A stretch of 64,000 nt of DNA. Origin: Paraspadella gotoi (lineage: Eukaryota > Animalia > Chaetognatha). Location: NCBI GenBank assembly GCA_051294375.1, contig CM119269.1, forward strand, positions 9,484,782-9,548,781, written 5' to 3'. Numbering within the stretch: position 1 is the first letter of the stretch; each line of letters begins with the position of its first letter. This document shows positions 1 to 10,889 of this stretch, one piece after another. The position numbers and the translations under genes were made by a program. The notes under the pieces were generated by a model that did no database searches, was not told the origin of the DNA, and saw only the letters and a list, made by a program, of their open reading frames with translations.

Positions 1-255
1 TAAAGAAATAAAAATTTCGTCGAATACTGCTAATCCCTAAATAAGTGGTATCATTTAAAAAAAAAATTATTGTAAAAGGACCTGTGTATAGAAAGACGGC
101 ACGATGCGGCGCCGCTGGCATAGCACTGGGTGTGGCGGACCCTAAGCGTCGGAACTCCGATTAAGCGGACCGGCGCTATGATCCGCGCTTAGAGATTAGA
201 GACGCGGTGCCGAGGGGACGGAGCTGATTTAAATTTTGAATTATTTTTCCTTTCA

Positions 256-275
256 TAATAATAATAATAATAATA

Positions 276-350
<75 letters not shown>
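256..350. repeat. (AAT)n microsatellite
   Basis: About 31 near-perfect AAT units. Confidence 0.95.
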
Positions 351-352
<2 letters not shown>

Positions 353-590
353 TCATTCAATTTATGCCAATTTATGCCACTTAGTCTATGGGAAGCCTGA
401 GATAAAAGTGATTGTCGCTGACAGGACGCGCAGGAGAATACCCGTGACTAAGTGCGACAACTGTCTGATATAATATGGAAATAGAATTTATCCAGAGATC
501 ACAGAAAGGGTGTGAATTTGTATGCATTTTGCCTTTAAAGGACATTTCTCTGCAGCCGGTGAAAAAGGACGGAAAGGAGGGGGAGGGGCC

Positions 591-2131
591 ACTATGAATG
601 CTCATTAGTAAGGTGGACAGCAGAAAATTTCATACAGCCTCGTACCCACCTGTAACCACTTACACTATGAAGCCATGTGTAAGGTGGAACAGCAGAAAAT
701 TCATACAGCCTCGCTACCCACCCTGTAACCAGCTTACACTATGAAGCCATTTAGTAGGTGTGACAGCAGAAGAAAAATTTCATACAGCAGCCTCGCTACC
801 CTAACCTGTAACCACTAACACTATGAGCCATTAGTAAGGTGGACAGCAGTAAAATTTCATTACAGACCTCGCCTACCACCTGTAACCACTACACTATGAA
901 GCCTATAGTAAGGTTGGACAGCAGAATAATTTCATACAGCTCGCTACCCACCTGTAACACTACCACTATGAAGCCATAGTAAGGTGGACAGCAGAAAATT
1001 TCATACAGCCCTCCTACCCACTGTAACCACTACCACTTATGAAGCCATCAGTAGGTGGACAGCAGAAAAATTTCATACAGCCTCCTAACCGCACCTGTAA
1101 CCACTACACTATTGAAAGCCATAGTAAGGTGACAGCAGAAATTTCATACAGCCTCGCTTACCACCTGTAACCACTACACTATTGAAGCCATGTTAAGGTG
1201 GGACAGCGAAAATTTCATACAGCCTCTCGCTACCCACTCTGTAACCACGTACACTTGAAGCCATAGTAGGTGGACAGCCAGGAAAATTTCATAACAGCCT
1301 CGCTACCCACCCTGTAACCACTACACTATGGAACCATTAGTAAGGTGGACAGCAGAAATATTCATTACAGGCCTCGCTACCCACCTTGTAACCACTTACA
1401 CTATGAAGCCATAGTAATGTGCAGACAGCAGAAAATTTCATACAGCCTTCGGCTACCAACCTGTAACCACTACACTATGAAGCCATAAGTAAGGTGGGAA
1501 GCAGGAAAATTTCATACAGCCTCGCTACCACCTGTAACCACTACACTATGAAGCCATAGTAAGGTGGACAGCAGGAATAATTTCATTTACAGTCCTCGCT
1601 ACCCACCTGTAACCACTACCACTATGGAAGCCATAGTAGGTGGACAGCAGAAAATTCATACAGCCTCGCTATCCCACCTGTAACCACTTACCACTATTGA
1701 AGCCATTAGTTAAGGTGGGACAGCCAGAGAAATCCATTACCAGCCCGCTACCACCTGTAACCACTTTACACTATGAAGCCATGTAGGTGCGACAGCAGAA
1801 AATTTCATACCAGCCTCAGCTACCCACCTGTAACCACTACACTATGAAGCCATAGTACGTGGACAGCAGAAAATAATTTCATACAGCCTCGTCTACCCAC
1901 CTGTATCCACCTACCACTATGAAGCCATTAGTACAGTGGATCAGCAGAAAATGTTCATACAGCCTCGCTACGCCACCTGTAAACCACTACACTATGAAGC
2001 CTAGTCAAGGTGCGACAGCAGAAAATTTCATACAGCCTCGCTACCCACCTGTAACCCACTTACAACTATTGAAGCCATTAGTAGGTGGACAGCAGAAAAT
2101 TTCATACAGCCTCGCTACCCACCTGTAACCA
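591..2131. repeat. ~70-bp tandem satellite array, about 21 copies
   Basis: Consensus AGTAAGGTGGACAGCAGAAAATTTCATACAGCCTCGCTACCCACCTGTAACCACTACACTATGAAGCCAT repeated head-to-tail. Copies differ mostly by 1-2 nt indels (long-read-type noise) and there are no unique spacers. Confidence 0.95.
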
Positions 2132-2277
2132 CCCCCGGGGGGGCGTTCACATTTTGGTTCGAGTTCATTTCGCTTCACCGCCTTCAAAGTTGAAATCACT
2201 CCCCGACGTTTTCAATTTCACGTCTGGATTCGAGGAGAGAGAGAGGAGGAGTAGAGAAGAGAGAAGGAGAGAGAGAG

Positions 2278-2311
<34 letters not shown>

Positions 2312-3199
2312 TTGGTCATTTGGTTAATCTCTGATCTCACTCAGGAGGAGGAAAAGGGGAGGGGAGAGGAGAGGGAGAAAGAGGAGGTAGGGGGTATATG
2401 GTGTCAGAGGAGGGAGAATACGTCGAGATGAAATAGGAAATTGGGAGGGGACAGATTGACGCCATATGGACAAGAAAGAGTGGACATTTGAAGACAAAGA
2501 AAACAGGGAATGAGGAGAAGTGAATGAATGGAATAAGTGGAATTGGAGATCTGGTTTAGCGAAAAAATTGACTCTTTACTATTTAGATATGTTTTGAATG
2601 CTTAAAGTCGTAAACTTTTTTTGTTTTAAAGTTAAACATTTTTATTATCATCGTTAAACCTAAAACGACTTCCTTCAGATTTTGGAAAAACGAGGAAGAG
2701 AAAGCGGAGAGAAAGAAAGAAGCGGACAACGAGATTTTGGAAAGAGAAAGAAACAAAACTGGCAACTTGGAAAGAAAAAAGATGGAAGGCGGCAACTGGG
2801 AAAGATCAGAAAATGCAAAAGTGAGGATAAGTTACGAAGTTCTTTAAGTTATTGCGTTTTGCCCCAATTATTGGCTTATACTTCAAGGGGAGTCACCTTA
2901 AATGGAAAAATAAATATTTATTTCTAATACTTTTTATTCAATACAAAATAAAATGTTTACTATTGAGATAAATATTTTAAATTTTTTTAAAATTATTTGA
3001 AATTAAAATAAAGTATTAATTATAATATGATTTTATTAATTTTTAATTTGAGTGAATTTTATAATTATCTTTGCTCTCAGTTTTCGATGATCACCCTGTA
3101 GTTCTGTCTTTAAAACGAAATTGCCATTTTTACGAACGCTAAAGGAGAAAAGTCGTCAGTCGTCTTCCCAGCCTCCGCTGCCAAAGATTACGAAATAGA

Positions 3200-3268
3200 C
3201 GGCGGCGGCGGCGGCTGCGGCGGTGGCGGCGGCGGCGGCGGTGGCGGCGGCGGCGGCGGCGGCGGCAG
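3200..3268. repeat. (GGC)n microsatellite
   Basis: About 22 GGC/GGT units. Confidence 0.9.
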
Positions 3269-3736
3269 CGCTAAACTCATTCTCGGCACAAGCGAAGACA
3301 ATAAAAAAAAAAATTAAAATAAAATTCTAAAATGTTCAAACTATTTAAAAATTGTCTAGTTCAGTAGGCGCTGTAAAGTACTCATGTTAATTTTAAAAAC
3401 AAAAAATTCTATAACGATGACATAAAAAAAAAATCATCTGTTCACGTGATCATTTCCACGTCTGTTCATCTGTTCACGTGATAAATCGTCATCATTTCCG
3501 GGTCGATCTTTTTGTTTGTTTTGACGTTTGAGTCGTAAACTATAACGTAGTGATGATGGTTGTCGTCGTCGTCATCGTCGTCGTCGTCGTCGTCTGTCAT
3601 AGTAAATGACAAAAATGATTTCTGGTCGTCAAAAGCGAAAGTCTCGCGGGATGTCGCCGACGACGACGATAACGACGACGGCGACGACTACGATATAAAT
3701 AATACTGGGATGACAAAGATAACGACAAACGACAAA

Positions 3737-4107
3737 CGGCCTTATTTTCCCACAACGGCCCATATCATTTTAAATTCGGAATGACGTTAATTTTTAGAGT
3801 TAAATTAGGTTTAAAGTTAAGTTTAAAAATTAAATTAATAAGATATTTTTAATTAAGGTGTTGGATTTTGTTAATAATTAGAGTTAGGGATTTTGGTTAG
3901 AGATTAGTGTTTAGGGTTAGAGTTAAAAGTTAGGGATAATAGTTTCGGGTTAAGGTTCAGGATTAAGATAGAGTTAAGAAATAAGGTTATGGATCAGGGT
4001 TAGGCATTATATTATAGTTTAAGTATATTTTTTAGATCAAATATTAAAATTAAAATTAAATTTTGGAATAATCGAACAGAAATGGGGTACTCTCGGAAAA
4101 GAGAGCC
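3737..4107. mobile_element. MITE-like element with ~29-bp degenerate TIRs and degenerate TTAGGG-like core
   Basis: Left CGGCCTTATTTTCCCACAACGGCCCAT and right AAATGGGGTACTCTCGGAAAAGAGAGCC flank GTTAGGG/TTAGGGTTAG-rich DNA. The same ends recur at 20276-20404 and 59093-59356. Confidence 0.55.
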
Positions 4108-5202
4108 AATTTTTTTCTTACTTCCCACGGGAATGACATTTTTACTGGCAATGAAAGTATACAATTGAAAGTATACAATTGTAATTGAAATTGTAATTGT
4201 AATTGAAAGTATACAATTGGTAGCAGCAATGTCACCCTCGATTTGGCTCCGTCTCCTTTTTCTCCACCTCTTCTTCTTCCTTCTCTTCCTTCTCCTCCTC
4301 CTCCTCATCCTCTTCCTCATCCTCCTTATCTTTTCTCATCAGCCAACAGGTGACGTTAATGTAATGGACAAACATCGACTCTAAATATCGATGAAATATT
4401 TCATGCACTTGATACAAGCGTGTGCTGTGTCTTGTCAAACCATTTCTATTAAAATGATTATGCGTCGCTCAACTGTAAACTGTAAATAGTATAAAAAAGT
4501 ATATACACTTTAAAACTCATATATATTGGTTGTAACAATTTCATATACATACCTATATATAATTTATTAGATATTTTATATATATCATATCATACATTAT
4601 ATAAAATTGAAAGGAACCTTTTCCAAAAAAAAAAAAGTAGTGGGCTTCCTGAGGTAGACCGCAGAGAAAAGGCATCTCTGTGCGGAAGGCCGAGCTTATT
4701 TTATTTCCTGCGAATTTATGACCCCTTTTAAGTTTGCGTTGCCTCGTCTATTGATCGCGAAACTTGAAGCAGAAACCAGAAAGAGAAAAATCTGGTTGGA
4801 GTAAACATGAGGAGAAAACCAAATACCAATGCAATATTGCAACGCGAGGCCCGTTGGGCGTCGGGTCTCTGACGTTGGGGCTTGGGGTTTCCAATACCGT
4901 CGTCCGTTAAAGGGAATCGGCAAAATCGGCAGAAATAGGAAAAATTCCCGTGGTCAAGACGAAGTGACTTAAAATGCTTTGCGATAAAATGCTGTAACCG
5001 TAACACTGCAAGCGTCCAATGTGAAATGGTCGGACGATGTCAATTTTATCGCGAGACCATCGTATAAGCCCTCAAGGTGATTATGCTGAGAGCCTAATTG
5101 ATATGTGGGTGGGTGGTTAATATGCTCTTTTGTTTACTATCCAACTTCGAATATTATGAATGTCGCAGCATCGATGTTGAGATAATGTTTTCATTCGTTA
5201 TC

Positions 5203-5772
5203 TTTTTAGTTGCGCCGCGAGTACTGGCGGAGCAACTCTATAAGTCACTTTTCGTTCGATCTGTTGGTCGGTCGATCAGTATGTCTGTCCGTTAGTCTGC
5301 CCCACTTACACTAAAGATGTGTAGTCATAAGTTGCATAAGTTAACCCCGCCAATAAGCATGATACCTTCAGACGTGACCAGGTGGCTTATTGAGTAAAGC
5401 CGTCAGCTCATGAACATTAGGTACCAGATTAAATACCAACCCGGGACCTACCTTGCGGGAAGCGTGGGGACGGCCGTAAGCTTCCTTGGGGCGTGGTATA
5501 CCCAGATCTCATTTCATGGCTGCTCGAGGCGGTTAAACAAGTTGCGGATAACACTCTTCAGCCCCCCTTAACTTGCCCATAGTTAGTTGCTAATTTGTTA
5601 AGGCAGGAAAAAACCTAAATGTAAGGTACTAATAGCGCCCCTTTTTGTTTTTAAAGAAATCTCCTATAAACTATAAAAAATAAAAGACGTTATTCCAATG
5701 CAATACGTGTCGGAAATACACGGAAATACAGGGGATAAATAAGTCGCTGCGGCGCAACACAACACTTGAATT
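5203..5772 (+). mobile_element. HINE/DINE-1-like non-autonomous Helentron-associated element
   Basis: T-run, then 5' subterminal IR AGTTGCGCCGC with its partner GCGGAGCAACT, a GTCG/GTCT-type microsatellite, and a 3' subTIR GCGGCGCAAC (5749-5758) before CTTG and a T-run. Confidence 0.6.
5380..5570 (+). mobile_element. Degenerate tRNA-derived SINE-like insertion inside the HINE
   Basis: A-box-like GTGGCTTATTGAG and degenerate B-box GATTAAATACC at tRNA-like spacing, followed by a GC-rich body. Confidence 0.35.
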
Positions 5773-5967
5773 TCCCTTTTTTTTTTTTTTTTTCATCTTT
5801 TCTTTTTTTTTCGTTGCTCGTTTGTTTGATTTAATTTTGGGCAAACAGCGCCGACGCCGCAAAAGTATTGATTCCTTCGCGGCCGACAAAATCAACTTCA
5901 TAAGAATAAAATACTTTCCAGTGAAAGCTCTTTATCTTTATCTCAGGCAAAGACTGCCCTAAATTTA

Positions 5968-6011
<44 letters not shown>

Positions 6012-6012
6012 C

Positions 6013-8564
6013 ATGCCTCCCCCAATACTTCGCGTTCTCACTCTCGACTACCGCCCTTACGCTTACCTCTCCCACGGTCAATGGCACGGCCTTTGCATCG
6101 AACTCTTGGACCGACTGAAGAGAGAGTTGGGATTCGACTACACCCTCTCAATTTTGGAGAGCGGGGGCTTTGGCAGCCGCGACCCCAACGGGTCGTGGAC
6201 GGGGCTGATCGGGGCCGTGCAGCGGCAGGAGGTGGACATGGCCATTCAGGTGAGTGAAAGGGTAAGGCGGGTGTTGATCATGATACGGAGTATAAGAGAA
6301 AATTTTGTAATAATTAGACTAATTGAATATTAATATACTTTATAATTTGTATCATTTTAATATATATTTATTTTTAATTCAAGGTTTTCAAAAAATTTGG
6401 CGTTTTTCATCGTTAAAAACGCCTTATAAACCGTTAAATCTTATAAATCTTATAAATCTTATAAATCTAATATCTATAACATACACCTTCACACATGTCA
6501 TTGTTGTCATTGTTTTGGATATTTACGGGTATTTTAGAATTTTGCTCTGATCATTTAATGTAATTCCATCCTCCCTTAGAGTGTAGCTTGCCCCAAATTA
6601 TGTGTGCCTAATGCCCAGTGGGTCTGGGAGATTTTTCTGGCATCAGCCTATAATTCCGGAATTTTTGATCTGGCGTTTGGCTTTCTACTGGTGGTTAAAT
6701 CAGCCCATCACTCCTATATAAAGAACTGTTCTGACCAGAGCTACCACGAAGGACTTTCAGATTGATTATCACACAACACGGGACGAATTCCCAGAAGCCC
6801 TTATGAACGATGCTTCATTCATTGAATGAATGAATGAATGAATGAATGAATGAATGAATGAATGAATGAATGAATGAATGAATGTAAGAATATATGAATG
6901 AATGAATGTGAAATTTGACATAAATTTGACATAAAATGCCATTTAACCTCCCCTATTCCAGAGTATCTCCATTACTGCCGATCGGGCCGACGTTGTTGAC
7001 TTCACATCCGTGATCCAAGCAACGGGGCTGTCCGCAGCCCTCGTGCCTGCTCGGGTATCCCCCGGCCTTTTTCAGTTCCTTCTCCCTTTCTCCACCAAAC
7101 TGTGGCTGACCTTCTTCGCGAGCTTTCTCGTCTGCACCCTGGCCCACTGGGCTCTTTATGCCCTCGAGTCGAAGCCGGTCGGGCTCATGGGCTGCGCCTG
7201 GATCGTCTTTTGTCTCTTCGTTCCGGTCGGTGATCACGTGACTCCGAAAAGTTTCGGCGGAAGAATTTTAACTGGTATTTGTGGGGTCACTTCGCTGGTG
7301 ATAGTCGCCAGGTAAGGCTGGTCCGGGGACGGGTTCATAAGCTCTCTGAGTCTCTCTCTCCTAGGTGGGATTCCCATAAATGTCTACTCGAATTGACCGT
7401 TTAGAAATGATTTCTTCTATATATACGTAGATTTGATCGGCAACTATGAAATTTAAATAGAATATAAAAATCTTGTGGATAATTAAGCATTTTTACCGTG
7501 TAACAAATAACCAATTTCTGCGGCCTACTAAAATAAAATGCCGGAGAATACAGCTTTGTTCTATTAGTAATTCCACGATCCCTTCCAAGCTACACCGCCA
7601 ACTTGGCGGCTTTCATGACCGCCTCCGCCGTCAACAACTCAGTTGATTCTGTCCACGACGTCCTCAACCAGTCGAGCATCCCAGTCTTCATCTTTGGATC
7701 TGGATCCATCAGGGAATTCTTCAAGCACAACCCCAAGGAGGTCGTTCGTCTCGCGTCTCAAAGGATCGAGAGGCACAGACGGTTTTGGTTTCATCCTGAC
7801 GACATCTTGGAGATTCTTAAGGGAAGTTGAGGTTTTAGACGAAGACGACGACGACGATGACGACGACGACGATAACGATGACCATGACTAGTTTTTTAAG
7901 GGATGTCAAGAAATTTCAAAGGTGTTTTTTGTCATTTTTGTTTTGATTTTATCATTTTTTTTACCTGGTTTTTTTATGTTTTCGGTGGGCCTCCGGTTTT
8001 TCTTAACAACCCTGAAACCGTGTTACACAATAATTAATATTTTTTTTATTCATGAAGACTATTTATATTTATTATAAATTTGTTTTTTTCATTAACAGTT
8101 TGTAATCTCCTCCTCCTCCTCCTTCTTCCTCCTCCTCTCATTCCTTTCCTCAACATCCTCCTCCACTTCCTCCAGAGAGGCGACGCCGTCGTCGCCGAGG
8201 CCGACACCCTCCGGATGTTGCGTCACGAGAATTGCGACGTCGACATCCGGGTCATGGAGCCGATCTCTGTCGACCTTCACGCTTGGCCCATGCCTCGCGG
8301 CCATCCTCTTCTCCCCAACATCTCTTCAAGGATCATGCGGCTGCAGAGCAGCGGGGAAATCCCAAACCTTATCGGATCCTACGCCTGTCCGAGGAAGTCG
8401 CCTCTCAGTAGTGTCCGCCTGGACGTGGAGGATATGGCGGCCTGTTCGGCCTGGCGGCGGCGGGGGTGGCGGCTGGGGTGTTGTTTGGGGTGGGGGAAAG
8501 ATGGATGAGGGGGAAGAATAGTTTTGGAACTGAGAGAAAAGGAGAAATTGAAAGGAAGGAATGA
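6013..8564 (+). CDS. Variant ionotropic glutamate receptor (IR-like, no amino-terminal domain); exons 6013-6249, 6962-7311, 7590-7825, ~8180-8564; one apparent 1-nt deletion near 8440
   Basis: S1 lobe GLCIELL..L...LGFDY, GSWTGLIGAVQRQEVDMAIQSISITADRADVVDFT; M1 FLLPFSTKLWL; M3 gate SYTANLAAF formed across the exon 2/3 junction; S2 GSIREFF, WPMPRGHPL, RLQSSGEI; M4 (AGLFGLAAAGVAAGVLFGVGE) restored by a frameshift near 8440. The exon 3/4 junction is approximate. Confidence 0.9.
6822..6883. repeat. (TGAA)n microsatellite
   Basis: About 15 TGAA units in iGluR intron 1. Confidence 0.9.
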
Positions 8565-10104
8565 GATTATTATCAGAATAAAATTTTGTATATATAATAT
8601 ATTATATCCTCGATTTCTGTTATTTCTCAAAACTCAAATAATAAATTTTGTAATTAACCGGTCATTTTATTTACGTAGAGAATCATTGGGACAACATCCT
8701 AATTCTCCTTTCATTCAGTAAATAATTAATAAGCTATCCTGCCCCGGTCTTAGAGCTTAGAGCTTTCTTTCTTACAACAAAATACGTACGTAATAAAAGC
8801 TAAAAATCATATCATTAATAGTACTTTCTTTTTCTATAAAGTCTTTCTTAAATTAGCGCCGCGAGTAATGTGTCCCAGTGTGTCACGTTTTAAATGTTCA
8901 TGAGTCGGGTAATACTGCATCGGTTAAGTTCATATTTGGTAGGAAAGTAGGGTACCATGTGACTTATCACGTGCGCATGTATCATACTTGTATCGACACG
9001 GGATCAACTACAAAAGCTAATACATGACCTAGTATTAAATGTGGCATAATGCATGACATACTTGGCAGACTGTTAAGTTATTAGTAAATGCTTCTTGTGC
9101 CTATGTATCATACCATGTAAAAACACGGTCACGTAATTTTGTGTAATATTTTCTGGTTAGAGTTGAAACTTTGTATATAAGTAATCAACCATAAGACGAC
9201 ATATATTTTCAGAGTCATGATTCTGGCAGGATTAGATTCAATTGATAGCTGATAATAGATTCGGTCTTTGCGTACCAGAAAAAAAAATGAAACTTAGTAG
9301 TATAGTGGACTAAAATCCACTAACCGTTCATCAGCGATAAGAAAGTCACTGCGTCTTCTTTGGACTGTCCTCAGTTTAGTTTTTGACTGATCTAAGAAAA
9401 GTGAAGTAAAAAGCCTTTTCTAAGTCGAAATTATTTTGGTTCCTGCCTCGTCTTGTTTAAAAAACCTTACGACCAAAAGTCATTACTATTCTTTTTAGAA
9501 ACATAATTTATTTATTTCATAAAAATTGAAACGGAACAACATAATGATAGAGGAGACATTTAATTAAATGTATTGGGTAACGTTTAAGGCAAAGAAACAA
9601 ATTTACGGAGGAGGAGGAGGAGGAGGAAGAAGAAGACCACATACGAAGTAATAAAATGTCTAATAATGCCCATAAATATATCAAGGTTGTCTCAGTTTCA
9701 AAGGATTTTTAAGAATATTTCCACTGAGTCAGTTGCCTTATTTAAATAGTATGTCACAGTTTTTGGCTTTAAAACTCTGCAAGAATTAAGAAAGAAATGA
9801 TAATAATGACGATAAATTTAATAACAATTTTTTTGGTAAATGCTGTCGTCAGGAATGATACGGTCAAATTTCTTTATCATTGAATTAAATAGAAAAATAT
9901 TTTTTTAAAAATTCTAGTTTTAATTTGAAATTCAAGATTTTCCATTTAAAAACATTTTCGAACAAAAATAATCCCTTTGAAGTAAGACACTGAGAATTTT
10001 TTACAACGTTTAACACAACACGAATAAAAAAAAATACAAAGTAATAGATTTAGTTGCAAAGTTTTTTAGTGTTACAAAAACAACGGTGAAAAAATGAAAC
10101 AAAA

Positions 10105-10146
10105 TGCGGACATGTTTCGGCTCTGATGATAGTCTTCTTCAGCGCG
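10105..10146 (-). ncRNA. Minimal type I hammerhead ribozyme (PLE-type)
   Basis: Minus strand GCG-CUGAAGA-AGACUAUCAUCAGAGCC-GAAAC-AU-GUC-CGC: full core, 3-bp stem I, one mismatch in stem II, palindromic ACAUGU stem III. Confidence 0.75.
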
Positions 10147-10506
10147 AATTTGATTTGTGAAAATTGTTTTTTTACAGAATTTGAAGTGAGAGAGACCGAG
10201 GTGAAGGTTTCCACCCAAAATTGAGAAAAGGACAGTGATTGGTTGAGGACAGATTAGGTGAGGACTAATAGAGTGAGGAAGAGTGAAAGAGAAATGAAAT
10301 TTAGTCAAATTTTTGAGATACAGTGTTTAACTGTGAAAAATAACAATTAACTAATATGAATTAAGAGTATTTGTCCACACTTAACCTGTCCTTTACCTTT
10401 ACTGTACTTTTCTCAATTATTTGTTGGAAACCTTTTTCTATGTCCCTCTTTCCCTCTCTCTCTCTAATTTCAAATTCTGTGAAAAACTATTTTAACAAAT
10501 CAAATT

Positions 10507-10553
10507 CGCACTGAAGAAGGCTCTCATCACATCAGAGCCGAAACATGTATCAT
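10507..10553 (+). ncRNA. Minimal hammerhead ribozyme motif, 3' strand of stem I largely lost
   Basis: CGCA-CUGAAGA-A-GGCUCU-CAUCACAUC-AGAGCC-GAAAC-AU-GUA: perfect 6-bp stem II and a GUA triplet. Confidence 0.65.
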
Positions 10554-10889
10554 TTTTCACCGTTGTTTTTTAAACAATAAAAAACTTGGCATCTAAAACT
10601 TATCAACTACAACAAAACGAAAGAAATTAAACTTTGCCTACAAAATATTAGAAAATTTTAAATGAAAAGTTAGCTGCAATATGAGACATTTTGTGATATC
10701 ACAAAACTTGTGATATTGTGACCAGCATGAAATATTTTCATTTGGCTAAATTTTTAGGGATTGATCTAAAGTAGAAAATAGAGAATGAAAAATTGGTTCT
10801 TGATGAGATAGAATAGACTCATTCATCACGAGAATATTTGTGAGCCCGGCCGGTTAGCCGTTTGAGGTGAGCCAAGCTCTCACCGGCCT

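Larger units (their letters stand above)
10046..10600. mobile_element. Non-autonomous Penelope-like relic: two diverged inverted pseudo-LTR arms, each with a hammerhead ribozyme motif
   Basis: 10046-~10270 is an imperfect reverse complement of ~10365-10600 (CAACGGTGAAAAAATGA / TCATTTTTCACCGTTG; GCGAATTTGATTTGT / ACAAATCAAATTCGC). The arms share segments with the pLTR at 23521-24013. Confidence 0.75.

Noticed and set aside
591-2131. CRISPR array or hammerhead-containing satellite
   Set aside because: Units are contiguous with no unique spacers, there are no cas genes and the context is eukaryotic. CTATGA...GAAA lacks the CUGANGA core and a proper stem II.
4232-4438. Glu-rich ORF on the minus strand
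   Set aside because: The acidic run is the complement of a CTC/CTT tract that looks like a plus-strand pyrimidine tract; no recognisable homology.
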